Shown here piece by piece: positions 19,948 through 30,043 of a stretch of DNA of 35,317 nt. The stretch is from an uncultured Bacilli bacterium. Lineage in GTDB: Bacteria; Bacillota_I; Bacilli_A; RF39; UBA660. The notes under the pieces were generated by a model. That model made no database searches, was not told where the DNA came from, and saw only the letters and a list, made by a program, of their open reading frames with translations. Within the stretch, counting starts at the first letter, position 1; every line of letters begins with the position of its first letter. The stretch is taken from assembly GCA_944363825.1 (NCBI GenBank), contig CALVVK010000003.1, forward strand, positions 1 to 35,317, written 5' to 3'. A program made the translations under genes and the position numbers.

Positions 19948-21531
19948 CTATTCATTAAATATATCTGGTAGATCATTTTCTAATAATACATAAGTATCTT
20001 TAGGATAATCTTTAACCATTTTAAACGCTTCTTTAACATCATTAATTATATGAATATTTTCTTCATTAAAGTCCGCTTCCAAAAGGCCATCCATTATGGC
20101 TTTAGTTTGCATGAGTCCTACTAATATTACTTCATCACAAACGGATGCAATGTTTCTACCAAATTCTTTATTATAATTATATTGTTCACTACCCAGTTCT
20201 ATCATTCCCGGAGTAACAATAACTTTTTTCCCTGGCATTAAAGATAACACTTCTAAGGCCATTTTAGCCCCAGCAGGATTAGAATTATAAGCATCATCTA
20301 TTAAATAGATATTATGATACCGTTTTAATTCTAACCGATGTTCAATACTTTTAATGTTTTTAACTCCTAGTTTTAATTCATTGGTATTTAAACCTAAAAC
20401 ATGCCCCATAGCAATAGCACATAAGATATTAGATACATTATGAATACCTAAAACTCTAGTTTTAAATAAAACAGTTTCTTTAGTATCTTTAAAAGTTACT
20501 TGAAAACTCATTCCTTCTTGATTAATCTTAATGTCGCTAGCATAAATATCGGCTTTTTTATTTTTGAGGGATATCCAAATAACGCGACATTTATTTTTTA
20601 ATTTATAACCTGTTTGATAAGGATCATCCATATTTAAAATAGCAACCCCATCAGAGGGAAGACTTTCAATCAGTTCAAATTTGGTATTGCAAATATTTTC
20701 CCGCGTTTTAAAATCCTCTAAATGGGCTGTCCCCACAACTGTAAGAATTCCATATTGGGGCTGGATAAACTCGGCTTTTTCTTTAATTTCCCCAGGGTGG
20801 AACGCTCCCATTTCGGCAATAAAACAATCCGCATACTTATCTAATTTATTGTTTATGGCTAGCATTAAACCATTCATCGTATTAAAACTTTTTTCCGTGG
20901 CATAACTATTATATTTAACCTTTAAAACTTCTTGAACCATATTTTTAACTGAAGTTTTACCATATGAACCAGTAATACCAATCTTCTTTAGATTAGGAAT
21001 ACTGGCTAATTTTTGACTCGCCATATTTTTATAATGCTTAAAGACCATTTTTTCAATAGGACGATTAAGAAAATTGGCTAAAGCGATAATAAACCAATTA
21101 AAATAAATACATAAACCAATAATTAAATAATAAATACTTAGATAACTTTTATTAAAAGTAACAAGGATAATAATTATAAGAATAGCAAATAACAAATATA
21201 ATGTAAAATATAATCTTTTGATCCGATTAGTTATTACTAAAGGTTTTTTATTCTGATCTTTTTTAGAATTATAATAATAAATACCTAACATTATTAAATA
21301 AAAAAGAATAAATACCCATAAGGCCATTTTATTATTAAAGAAAATTATTAAGACTATTAAAAATTCTAAGTTTATTAATGTTTTACCTAAATTACTAAAT
21401 ATCCATTTTATATATCTATTAGAATCGTTATACCAGTTTTGTTGGAGCATTTGAAAACTTTTTTTTGATTTATAAAAAAGATATATTAGACATGGTAATA
21501 AACTTAGTAGAAAATAAAGCATTCTAATCAC
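19948..21531 (-). CDS. murF: MurF-like ligase with an N-terminal multi-TM extension
   Basis: GITGSYGKT, EMGA, DDAYNSNP and GMIELG; ~150-aa hydrophobic N-terminus; start may be the ATG at 21522. Confidence 0.8.
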   Translation of the reverse strand: MIRMLYFLLSLLPCLIYLFYKSKKSFQMLQQNWYNDSNRYIKWIFSNLGKTLINLEFLIVLIIFFNNKMALWVFILFYLIMLGIYYYNSKKDQNKKPLVITNRIKRLYFTLYLLFAILIIIILVTFNKSYLSIYYLIIGLCIYFNWFIIALANFLNRPIEKMVFKHYKNMASQKLASIPNLKKIGITGSYGKTSVKNMVQEVLKVKYNSYATEKSFNTMNGLMLAINNKLDKYADCFIAEMGAFHPGEIKEKAEFIQPQYGILTVVGTAHLEDFKTRENICNTKFELIESLPSDGVAILNMDDPYQTGYKLKNKCRVIWISLKNKKADIYASDIKINQEGMSFQVTFKDTKETVLFKTRVLGIHNVSNILCAIAMGHVLGLNTNELKLGVKNIKSIEHRLELKRYHNIYLIDDAYNSNPAGAKMALEVLSLMPGKKVIVTPGMIELGSEQYNYNKEFGRNIASVCDEVILVGLMQTKAIMDGLLEADFNEENIHIINDVKEAFKMVKDYPKDTYVLLENDLPDIFNE

Positions 21532-22273
21532 TTCCTATGAAACTTTTCAAAACATTTATGGTTTGTTGTAATCTTTCTAAATATGCATAGTGGGTTGCTC
21601 CCTCATAGGTTACTAAACCAGCGTTGGGAATTAGTTTTTCTAAAACTAGGGCATCACTATAACTTACCGCTTCATCACGGGTTCCCCAAATTAAAAGAGT
21701 GGGACATTTGATACTCGGTAGATACTCGCAAAGATCAAAGTTGACATGTTTAACTAAAACTTCCCGCATTAAGGGGGTAGCATTGTTATAATCAGTTGAT
21801 CCAACCTTTTTTTTGACGGCCTCTTCAAATATTCTTAAACCCGGGGTATTTTTAACTATTTTATAAAACCGGGTTTTAAGGGTTGGTTTCTTAATTTTTT
21901 GCATAAAAGGACTAGCAAGTAATACTAGTTTTAAAGGCTTATATTTAAGAGCATAAACTAAGGATACTTTGCCCCCGAAAGAGTGACCAATCAAAATAAC
22001 TTTTTTAATTTTTAATTTTTTAAATAATTCATTTAACATATCGGCATAGTCATATAAACTCCAGGCAAATGGTGGTTCACTACTTTGACCAAAGCCCGGC
22101 AAGTCTAATAAAAGACAATTGTATTTCTTTAGAAATGGTTTGGCAAGTGGTAACATCATTTCGATATTTTGACCCCAACCATGTAAAAATACTAAACTAG
22201 TGTTACTGGAATTATCATAATATTCAAAATTAATTGTTGCTCCCTTTACCACCATTTCCACGGAAATCACCAC
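21524..22273 (-). CDS. alpha/beta hydrolase
   Basis: LHGWG, DLPGFG, GHSFG nucleophile elbow, WG..D and His near the C-terminus. Confidence 0.9.
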   Translation of the reverse strand: MVISVEMVVKGATINFEYYDNSSNTSLVFLHGWGQNIEMMLPLAKPFLKKYNCLLLDLPGFGQSSEPPFAWSLYDYADMLNELFKKLKIKKVILIGHSFGGKVSLVYALKYKPLKLVLLASPFMQKIKKPTLKTRFYKIVKNTPGLRIFEEAVKKKVGSTDYNNATPLMREVLVKHVNFDLCEYLPSIKCPTLLIWGTRDEAVSYSDALVLEKLIPNAGLVTYEGATHYAYLERLQQTINVLKSFIGSD

Positions 22274-22343
22274 CTATATTATAACATATGCCTAAGAAAT
22301 TATCACGGTTAAATGTTTTCTAACTTATCATATACTATTATAC

Positions 22344-22380
22344 AAAAAAAGTAAAGTATATTTTGTTTGGATACTTTACT
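22344..22380 (-). terminator. intrinsic terminator after the DUF362-like gene
   Basis: Perfect 10-bp stem AGTAAAGTAT/ATACTTTACT followed by a T-run on the minus strand. Confidence 0.75.
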
Positions 22381-22412
22381 CGCAATTATTTAAATAAATG
22401 CTTTTTTTAGAA

Positions 22413-23297
22413 CTATTCAATAGTTATTAGTTCATATTCTCTCGAACCAACACCTAATTCAGCTGCGGCTTCAACTGTGTGAACGCCATGAAGAGATTCG
22501 ATTCTTTCAATTAATTTATCCTTGCCTGGATCAGTTGAATTATAAACTAAGTCTAAGCAGGCTTGATCAACAGCAACTGGATCAAGGGACGCTAAAATAC
22601 CAATATCAGCCATACATGGGGCTGAGGCATTACCATCACAGTCGCAATCAACAGAAATATTTTTCATCACATTGATATAAACAGCGTTGCCTTTAAAGTG
22701 GTAAACAACACTTGATGCCGCATCAGCCATGGCTTCTAGGAAATGGTCTTGAACTGGTAAATTATTAAATAGTTCATATTGATTATCAGTAACACCAGCC
22801 GTGTGGATTAAGGTTTTACCGGCGCTTGATGCACAACCAATGGAAAGTTGTTTTAAAGCACCGCCATAGCCACCCATAGCATGACCTTTAAAATGCGATA
22901 AAACTAAAAGGCTATCATAGTTGGCTAAATTTTTACCAACATAATTTTTATGTAAAATTTTACCATTTGGTATATCTAATTCTAAGTCTGGTCCTTCAGC
23001 ATCCATTAAGTCAAATGGAAAATATTTTTCCCATTCATGTTCTTTAATTAATTCCCGGTGTTTTTCCGTTGTGTTTCTCGCCCCAGCATAAGCCGTATTA
23101 CATTCAACTACTGTACCATGAACATAATTAACCACATCTTTAACAAATTCTGGTCTCAAATAGTTTTGGTTTCCATGTTCTCCGGAATGCATTTTAACTG
23201 CTACACGACCTTCTATTTTCTTACCCACAGCCTCATAGGCTTTAATAATGTTTTCTGGGGTTATTTCTTTAATAAAATATACTTTTGATTTTTCCAT
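22413..23297 (-). CDS. DUF362-family putative Fe-S protein
   Basis: VAVKMHSGE, HFKGH...GGALKQ, DCDC and SLDPVAVDQA. Confidence 0.8.
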   Translation of the reverse strand: MEKSKVYFIKEITPENIIKAYEAVGKKIEGRVAVKMHSGEHGNQNYLRPEFVKDVVNYVHGTVVECNTAYAGARNTTEKHRELIKEHEWEKYFPFDLMDAEGPDLELDIPNGKILHKNYVGKNLANYDSLLVLSHFKGHAMGGYGGALKQLSIGCASSAGKTLIHTAGVTDNQYELFNNLPVQDHFLEAMADAASSVVYHFKGNAVYINVMKNISVDCDCDGNASAPCMADIGILASLDPVAVDQACLDLVYNSTDPGKDKLIERIESLHGVHTVEAAAELGVGSREYELITIE

Positions 23298-23364
23298 AAT
23301 CTTTTCCTCCTTTATTATTATACTATATTAGAAAATTCTTAAGCAATAAATTTTTGTTTATATT

Positions 23365-23481
23365 TTAGTCTAATTTTTCATATTCTTCATCGGTTACTGG
23401 TTCACACCATTCATTACTAGTGTTTTCACCAGGAACTTCAACCGCGATGTGACTAAACCACGAATCTTTTTTAGCCATCAT
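23365..23481 (-). pseudogene. 38-aa C-terminal remnant of a cupin-domain protein
   Basis: Hand-translated MMAKKDSWFSHIAVEVPGENTSNEWCEPVTDEEYEKLD with SD AAGGAGG; resembles, from recall, the tail that follows HWHGA in cupins found beside flavodoxin/MerR genes. Confidence 0.7.
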
Positions 23482-23492
23482 CTCTCCTCCTT

Positions 23493-23972
23493 TTATAATT
23501 TGGCTAGCCAAGCAGTGATTTCACTACTCTCCGTTACTATTTTAGTACTTTTATAATCGGTTGTAAAAATTATGTTCATTTCATCAGTTACTTCTGCGTT
23601 GGGACATAAACTTTTAATTTCCGCAAAAGTTTGCCCTAACCAACCAGCATTAGTGGCAAAGGGAATAATTTTCTTCCCAGATAAGTCATACTTTTTTAAG
23701 AACGCTCTTACCACCGGGGCTAGTCGATACCACCAGACAGGGGTTCCTAAAATTATTTCATCATATTTACTTAAGTCAATATTAATATCTTCTATTTCAG
23801 GAATAATGTTACTATTTTCCCCATTTTGTTCATCATTTACGACCGCATTATAATCACTAGAATAAGGTTCTACACGCTTTAATTCTAAAATATCACAATT
23901 TAATTTCTCTTGGATCATATTAGCAATTTTTTGCGTATGACCCGTATAACTAAAATAAACTATTAATCGCAT
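23493..23972 (-). CDS. flavodoxin (Flavodoxin_4-like)
   Basis: YFSYTGHT, LGTPVWW and IPFATNAG. Confidence 0.9.
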   Translation of the reverse strand: MRLIVYFSYTGHTQKIANMIQEKLNCDILELKRVEPYSSDYNAVVNDEQNGENSNIIPEIEDINIDLSKYDEIILGTPVWWYRLAPVVRAFLKKYDLSGKKIIPFATNAGWLGQTFAEIKSLCPNAEVTDEMNIIFTTDYKSTKIVTESSEITAWLAKL

Positions 23973-24322
23973 TTTTCCATCCTTCCCTTATATAAATTTA
24001 TTTTATAGTTTAAATAATTTAAGGTTTCTTTTTTGGCTTTTATTTCTTCCGCTAAAATTTTTTGTTGGTTTTCCAATATTTGCAGGCGATCAGCCAGTGT
24101 TTTATCTCCTTCTTTATTTAAATTAACAAATTTTTTGATATCTTCCAAACTAAGGCCCGCATGTTTCATGCAAATAATAAATTCAATACGAGCGCAGTCT
24201 TCAGCAGTATATTCCCTAATACCAGCAACCTTATTAACCCTCTCGATTAAACCAAAATTTTCATAATACCGCAGAGTATCAGGAGCCAAATTATATTTAG
24301 CACTAACTTCACTTATTTTCAA
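23963..24322 (-). CDS. MerR-family regulator (AdhR/NmlR-like)
   Basis: TLRYYE..GLI HTH and FIICMKHAGL with a conserved Cys; start revised to TTG at 24322 (SD AAGGTG). Confidence 0.9.
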   Translation of the reverse strand: MKISEVSAKYNLAPDTLRYYENFGLIERVNKVAGIREYTAEDCARIEFIICMKHAGLSLEDIKKFVNLNKEGDKTLADRLQILENQQKILAEEIKAKKETLNYLNYKINLYKGRMEKCD

Positions 24323-24342
24323 ACTTATCACCTTATAATTAA

Positions 24343-24373
24343 ATAATACCAGATAGAGTCCACTCCAAGTCAA
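24343..24373 (-). promoter_or_regulatory. MerR-type promoter with a 19-bp spacer and dyad operator
   Basis: TTGACT, 19-nt spacer, TATTAT; dyad TGGAGT-gg-ACTCTA (24367-24354) within the spacer. Confidence 0.85.
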
Positions 24374-24381
24374 GATAAAAT

Positions 24382-25362
24382 CTACCGGTTTAAATCAGAA
24401 AATTTATTGACAATAGCATTTATTTGGTGCAATTCATTTATACCGACGCGGGAAGATAGTGAGGCCCAGTCTAATTTTCGAAAGTCGCCGTATTTTTCTA
24501 AAATTAAACCATACAGATCATAAATTAGTTGTTCTTTTAAAGTATCAGGTATTTGCCAATTTAGTATTTCACTACATCTTTGTAAAACTACAGCGATTTG
24601 AATAAAAGTAATGTATTCTTTTAAAGAATCATAACGGTTATTTTTTAAAGTGGCATTAGTTATAGCATCAGTAACCCGAAAGACATCTAATAACTTAGGA
24701 TTAAATTTAAAACCTTGGGCTGATACACCAGTTGTGGCACTTTTACGATAGTAATAACCCATATTAGTTAAAGTAACGATCGTTTTAGCATTAAAAAGAT
24801 TGGAGAAACTAAAAGCAACATCTTCCCACAGACAATTTTCTAAAAATTTGGTATCTTTTAAAGCGGATTTTAAAAATATTTTGTTACCAACAGATGGGGA
24901 TTCATCTAAAACACGGTTCGGTTCTTCTAAAACATTATAACAATTACCCTTAGAACGGGGTGGAAAAACTTGATTTAAATAACTACTATCTCGCACGAAG
25001 GTTAAATTCGTCGATAATACCTCCGGGTAAGCAAAATTTATTGCGGCATTATATAAATATTCATACATATTGGGAGCAACATAATCATCACTATCGACAA
25101 AACCAACATAAGTTCCTTGGGCGAGACTTAAACCAACATTACGGGCATAACCCTGGCCTTTATTTTCCAAATTAGTATAAACCTTAAGTCTTCCCGGGTA
25201 TTTCTTGACATATTCTGCTAGAATTTTAGGGCTACAATCGATGGAAGCATCATCAACAGCAATGATTTCAATTTCTTCTAAAGTTTGATTAACTAAGGAT
25301 TCTAGACAATCTCTTAAATATTTTTCACTATTATAAACTGGTACTATAATGCTAACCTTCAA
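24382..25362 (-). CDS. glycosyltransferase family 2
   Basis: VSIIVPVYN, VDDAS, ARNVG, FVDSDD and WED. Confidence 0.92.
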   Translation of the reverse strand: MKVSIIVPVYNSEKYLRDCLESLVNQTLEEIEIIAVDDASIDCSPKILAEYVKKYPGRLKVYTNLENKGQGYARNVGLSLAQGTYVGFVDSDDYVAPNMYEYLYNAAINFAYPEVLSTNLTFVRDSSYLNQVFPPRSKGNCYNVLEEPNRVLDESPSVGNKIFLKSALKDTKFLENCLWEDVAFSFSNLFNAKTIVTLTNMGYYYRKSATTGVSAQGFKFNPKLLDVFRVTDAITNATLKNNRYDSLKEYITFIQIAVVLQRCSEILNWQIPDTLKEQLIYDLYGLILEKYGDFRKLDWASLSSRVGINELHQINAIVNKFSDLNR

Positions 25363-25405
25363 ATTTTATCACCAATTATAGTTTACCTAAATTTACGCTT
25401 TGTTG

Positions 25406-26302
25406 TCAAATACTTTGAATAGTTTTTTTAATTACTGCCCGGGAGTTGGCAAATAATTCTTTTTCGGCGGGGGTAAGGTCAATTTTTAAACGACGTTTAA
25501 TACCATCTTTATTTATAATACAAGGGCTACTTATAAATACATCATGATTAAAACTAGAAACAGTTAATATGGCGTTTTCATCATTTAAAATTGCCTGAGT
25601 AATTCTAACTAAACAGATGCCAATGCCATAAGAAGTATTCCCTTTTTTAGCAATTATCTCATAGGCCGAGTTGCGCACCTCACCACTTATTTGTTCCTTT
25701 TCTTGGGGGCTTAAAAGGGAATTGATCTTTACTGAGCCAATCATGGCACTACTCCAGGCGACAAATTCCGAATCCCCATGTTCCCCTAAAACATAGGCAT
25801 GAACATTTTGGGGCATAATTGTAAATTTTCGGGCAAGAATATACCGCAGACGGGCTGTATCCAAACTAGTGCCAGTCCCGATTACTTGCGAGGCCTGCAA
25901 GTGAGAATATTTAAGAGTATAATAACAAAGCGCATCAACGGGATTAGTAGCAACAAGAAAAATGCCATTAAAATTATATTTCATGACATCTGCAATTATA
26001 CTTTTAAATATTTCCTGGTTTTTATGTAAAAGATCACGGCGGGTTTCACCGGGTTTTTGATTAGCACCCGCCGCAATAACAATTATTTTGGCATCCGTAA
26101 CATCCGAATAATCCCCACATCTAATCGTCATATTATTAGGAGAATAAGGAATACTATGGTTTAAATCTAAGGCTTCCCCCGCACATTTGTCTTGATTCTT
26201 ATCGATTAAAACTAATTCATCGACATTACATTTTTGATTAACTAAAGCATAGGCATAACTCATACCAACATTGCCACAACCAATTATTATAACTTTATTC
26301 AT
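25406..26302 (-). CDS. ldh: L-lactate dehydrogenase
   Basis: GCGNVG, AGANQKPGETR (Gln specificity residue), NPVD, LDTAR and GEHGDS. Confidence 0.92.
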   Translation of the reverse strand: MNKVIIIGCGNVGMSYAYALVNQKCNVDELVLIDKNQDKCAGEALDLNHSIPYSPNNMTIRCGDYSDVTDAKIIVIAAGANQKPGETRRDLLHKNQEIFKSIIADVMKYNFNGIFLVATNPVDALCYYTLKYSHLQASQVIGTGTSLDTARLRYILARKFTIMPQNVHAYVLGEHGDSEFVAWSSAMIGSVKINSLLSPQEKEQISGEVRNSAYEIIAKKGNTSYGIGICLVRITQAILNDENAILTVSSFNHDVFISSPCIINKDGIKRRLKIDLTPAEKELFANSRAVIKKTIQSI

Positions 26303-26304
26303 AA

Positions 26305-26730
26305 CTACCTACCTAATTTATTGTTGCCCAAAAAGACTTCATCTATACTTAAGTTAGTTTTTTGCTTAGTAACTATTTCTAAATATCGATTAAATATTTC
26401 AGCATCACAACTAATATAGCCATGGTTATTTAAACTGGCCAATTCCGGAGAATTAAATTGGGGAAATGTCAAATCGCATAAATAGTAATTTTCGGTAGTT
26501 TTGATAAGTAAAAAATAATGTTGATAAGTTAAACCTAAGTCTAGGGTATCAATAATGCGAACTAATAAATGTTTCTTTAATAAAAAGTTATATAAATAAC
26601 TGCTATAAACTAAACACATGCGTTCATAATTTAAATATTTTAAGGCATCCTTAGTTTCGCTAATAGCCATTTCTATAGATAATTCTGGCGAATTTCCCGT
26701 AATATTTAACATTTTATGATATAAATCCAT
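26305..26730 (-). CDS. hypothetical protein, possible transglutaminase/papain-like fold
   Basis: 141 aa, 2-bp gaps to both neighbours; C39, H71 and D86 in the contexts MCLVYS, HYFLL and YLCDLT..QF. Confidence 0.65.
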   Translation of the reverse strand: MDLYHKMLNITGNSPELSIEMAISETKDALKYLNYERMCLVYSSYLYNFLLKKHLLVRIIDTLDLGLTYQHYFLLIKTTENYYLCDLTFPQFNSPELASLNNHGYISCDAEIFNRYLEIVTKQKTNLSIDEVFLGNNKLGR

Positions 26731-26732
26731 AA

Positions 26733-27428
26733 TTATTTTACTTTACCAAAACGGCGATCCCGTTTTTGATATTCTAGGATGGCTTCATCTAATTTTTCTG
26801 TATCAAAATCCGGAAAATAGGTTTTGGGGAAATAAAATTCCGCATAGGATACTTGCCATAACATAAAGTTACTAATTCTATTTTCCCCACTTGTCCTAAT
26901 TAAAAAGTCAATATCGGGAAGTTCATGATATAAATTTTGACTAAATAACGATTCATCGATAGCATTAATATCTAACTCACCTGCTAAGCACTTTTGACAT
27001 ATTTTTTTAGTGGCATCAACAATTTCGGCCCGGCCCCCATAACTAAGACAAAAATTAACAACTAAACCCGTATTATTTTGGGTCCTTTGCTCTAACTTAA
27101 CCATCGCATCCACAACATTTTTCTTAAGCAAACTTTTTCGCCCTGAAAAAAGGATTTTGATATTTTCTTTACTGTATTCTTCTTGACATTTTTTAAACCA
27201 TTTGATAAATAAATCCATTAAATAATTTACTTCATCGGCTGGTCGATCAAAGTTTTCAGTGGAAAATACATATAAACTTAAGTAATTAACTAACTTTTTA
27301 TTACTCATATATAAAATTAAGTCTCTTAAATTTTGGGCTCCGGCTTTATGGCCTTCACTTCTTTTTAAGCCACGTTCTTTGGCCCAGCGCCCGTTGCCAT
27401 CAACAATTATTCCTAAATGATTAATCAT
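26733..27428 (-). CDS. uppS: undecaprenyl diphosphate synthase
   Basis: DGNGRWA, FSTEN, YGGR and RTSGENRISNF. Confidence 0.96.
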   Translation of the reverse strand: MINHLGIIVDGNGRWAKERGLKRSEGHKAGAQNLRDLILYMSNKKLVNYLSLYVFSTENFDRPADEVNYLMDLFIKWFKKCQEEYSKENIKILFSGRKSLLKKNVVDAMVKLEQRTQNNTGLVVNFCLSYGGRAEIVDATKKICQKCLAGELDINAIDESLFSQNLYHELPDIDFLIRTSGENRISNFMLWQVSYAEFYFPKTYFPDFDTEKLDEAILEYQKRDRRFGKVK

Positions 27429-27468
27429 TTGTTCATCTCCTTTTTATAATTATACCAAAATAATTACT

Positions 27469-28662
27469 TTATCTTCTTCTTTTTCGTCTTCTTCTTTTCT
27501 TTTGACGTAAAAATCGAATTATTAAAATAAATATAACAAGAACTAAAATAATTAAAAGTAATGAAGGATAATAAGTAATATCCTTATTCAAATAAATATC
27601 CGTTGTATAAAGAACTTCATCAGCATCGGTAATTGTTAAAGTTCCTAATTTTGCACCTTTTTTTGTCCCTTTTTCGATTACATCAAGACCAGTAAATTCA
27701 TAATTTAGATCATCACTAGTACCATTTTCTAAAAACATTTCAACTTCTTCTAAGCCTGTTACCTGATACTCTTTTTCTCTACTCCATTCAATGGGAATAG
27801 TAGTTATTATATCATTAGAATCTAAAATAGTTTGGTAACTATAATTAGTATTATAATAATCATAAATAGTTATAGTATCTAAAACAGCACTATAATTTTG
27901 GGCTGTACTAGCATTTATTACTACTAATAAGTAAGAAACATCATTTAAAGTAGTGATTGATGCTAAACAACGACCGGCATTTTTAGTAAAGCCACTTTTG
28001 GAACCATCTATTTTCGTAATATCCAAAATATCTTGATAGGGATAAAGGGTACTTTCTAAAACGATATTGTTAGTTGTGGTATACTCTTTAGTTGTAAATA
28101 TTTCTTTAAATAGAGGAATGTTTAAGGCATACTCTAAGAGATTAGCAACATCCGCAGCTGTCGAATAATTATCGACATCATCTTTACCAATGGCATTAGA
28201 AAAAGAAGTATTTTTAAGACCGATTTCTTGGGCTAAATTGTTCATTTCGGCGATAAAATCGGCCGAGCCCAAGGTATTATTCACCACTGCATTGACAGCC
28301 TCAGCCCCACTGGGAAGTAAAATGCCATAAAGTAAATCGCGATAAGTTACGCGATCACCAACCCTAAAACCCGCTTTAGAGTAGCCATCAGTACCTAAAA
28401 AATCGTTGCTAGTTATTGTTACATAAGCATCTAAGTCGGGAATATTTGCAATGGCAACTAAACTAGTCATAATTTTAGTAAGACTAGCAATACTAGTTTT
28501 TTCGTTACTATTTTGTTCATAAAGAATAGTATCATCATTTAAATTATATAAAATAACATATTCACTTGTGATATCAAATTCTACTGCTTTAGTAAATGTT
28601 GGAAAACAAAAGAAAAGAAGAATTATAAATAAATTTAGAATCTTCGTTATTTTATTTCCCAA
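27469..28662 (-). CDS. D-alanyl-D-alanine carboxypeptidase (peptidase S11, DacA-like)
   Basis: Signal peptide, ASLTK (SxxK), SGA in place of SxN, KSG, C-terminal TM segment and polybasic tail. Confidence 0.88.
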   Translation of the reverse strand: MGNKITKILNLFIILLFFCFPTFTKAVEFDITSEYVILYNLNDDTILYEQNSNEKTSIASLTKIMTSLVAIANIPDLDAYVTITSNDFLGTDGYSKAGFRVGDRVTYRDLLYGILLPSGAEAVNAVVNNTLGSADFIAEMNNLAQEIGLKNTSFSNAIGKDDVDNYSTAADVANLLEYALNIPLFKEIFTTKEYTTTNNIVLESTLYPYQDILDITKIDGSKSGFTKNAGRCLASITTLNDVSYLLVVINASTAQNYSAVLDTITIYDYYNTNYSYQTILDSNDIITTIPIEWSREKEYQVTGLEEVEMFLENGTSDDLNYEFTGLDVIEKGTKKGAKLGTLTITDADEVLYTTDIYLNKDITYYPSLLLIILVLVIFILIIRFLRQKKRRRRKRRR

Positions 28663-30035
28663 GTTGTTCCCTCCCTAGTATCTTTTAAAGTAATTCCTTT
28701 ACTTAATAACTCTTCTCTAATAGCATCTGCTAATTCATAATTTTTATCTTGTTTTGCTTTATTTCTTTCGTTTATTTTAGTTATTATATATTCTTCTAAT
28801 TTACTATCAGTATTTTTTTTCTTTAAAAGATCTAAACTAAGAACTTCATCCCATTTTTGAACTAAGTAATATTTAGTATCATCATTTAAACCACTTTTTA
28901 ATAATTCATATAATGTAGTTATAGCATTCGCTGTATTTAAATCATCTTCGAGGCAACTTTTAAACTTGGTATCATATTCTTGCACCTTTTCTTGATCGAT
29001 CTTATCACCATATTTTAAATTGGTGGTTTTATTTAAAAGTTTTTTGTAAGCATTTTCCGCCCCATCTAGCGATTCATAAGAAAAAACTAATTGACGGCGA
29101 TAATGGCTAAGAAGACACATGTATCTAAAAGCCAGTGGATCATAGCCTTTTTCTTGCAGGGTACTAACTGTTAGGATAACTCCTTTACTTTTACTCATTT
29201 TACCGGCGGTATCGTTTAAATGCTCGTTATGAAACCAATATTTACACCACTGATGACCTAAGTAGGACTCACTTTGGGCAATTTCATTTGTGTGGTGTGG
29301 AAATATGTTATCAACACCTCCACCATGGATATCTAAGTATTCTCCTAAGTATTTGATGCTAATACCCGTACATTCAATGTGCCAGCCAGGATAACCTAAG
29401 CCCCAAGGACTATCCCATTTTAATTCTTGATCTTCAAATTTCGATTTGGTAAACCATAAGACAAAGTCATTTTGATTTTTCTTAGAAGTATCTTCTTCGA
29501 CACCTTCTCTTACACCAACGACCATTTCATCGGCTTTGTGGTTGGTAAGTTGATAATAATCATTTAATTTGGTCGTATCAAAATAGATATTACCTCCGTT
29601 TTGATAAGCATAACCCGTATCTAATAAATGCGTAATTATTTTGATATATTCGGCAATATTTGCGGTTGCGGGGGAAACGATATCAGGCATGCGGTTGTTA
29701 AGTAATTCAAAATCATGGAAAAAAGCATCCGTATAAAACTTCGCAATATCCATTACAGTTTTATTTTCTTTTTTAGCACTACTGACCATCTTGTCATCAC
29801 CAGTATCAGAATCACTCGATAGATGGCCAACATCGGTAATGTTCATACAGCGCGTTACATTATAACCTAAATATCTTAAGGTTTTATCTAAAATGTCATG
29901 ACCAATGTAATTGCGCATGTTGCCAATGTGGGCATAGTGATAAACTGTAGGACCACAAGTATAAAAAGTTACCATATCTTTATTCCAAGGAATAAATTCT
30001 TCAACTTGTCTTGATAAAGTATTATATATTTTCAT
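28647..30035 (-). CDS. cysS: cysteine--tRNA ligase
   Basis: CGPTVY..AHIGN, PGWHIEC, FPHHTNE and KMSKS. Confidence 0.97.
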   Translation of the reverse strand: MKIYNTLSRQVEEFIPWNKDMVTFYTCGPTVYHYAHIGNMRNYIGHDILDKTLRYLGYNVTRCMNITDVGHLSSDSDTGDDKMVSSAKKENKTVMDIAKFYTDAFFHDFELLNNRMPDIVSPATANIAEYIKIITHLLDTGYAYQNGGNIYFDTTKLNDYYQLTNHKADEMVVGVREGVEEDTSKKNQNDFVLWFTKSKFEDQELKWDSPWGLGYPGWHIECTGISIKYLGEYLDIHGGGVDNIFPHHTNEIAQSESYLGHQWCKYWFHNEHLNDTAGKMSKSKGVILTVSTLQEKGYDPLAFRYMCLLSHYRRQLVFSYESLDGAENAYKKLLNKTTNLKYGDKIDQEKVQEYDTKFKSCLEDDLNTANAITTLYELLKSGLNDDTKYYLVQKWDEVLSLDLLKKKNTDSKLEEYIITKINERNKAKQDKNYELADAIREELLSKGITLKDTREGTTWEIK

Positions 30036-30043
30036 AAACTCTC

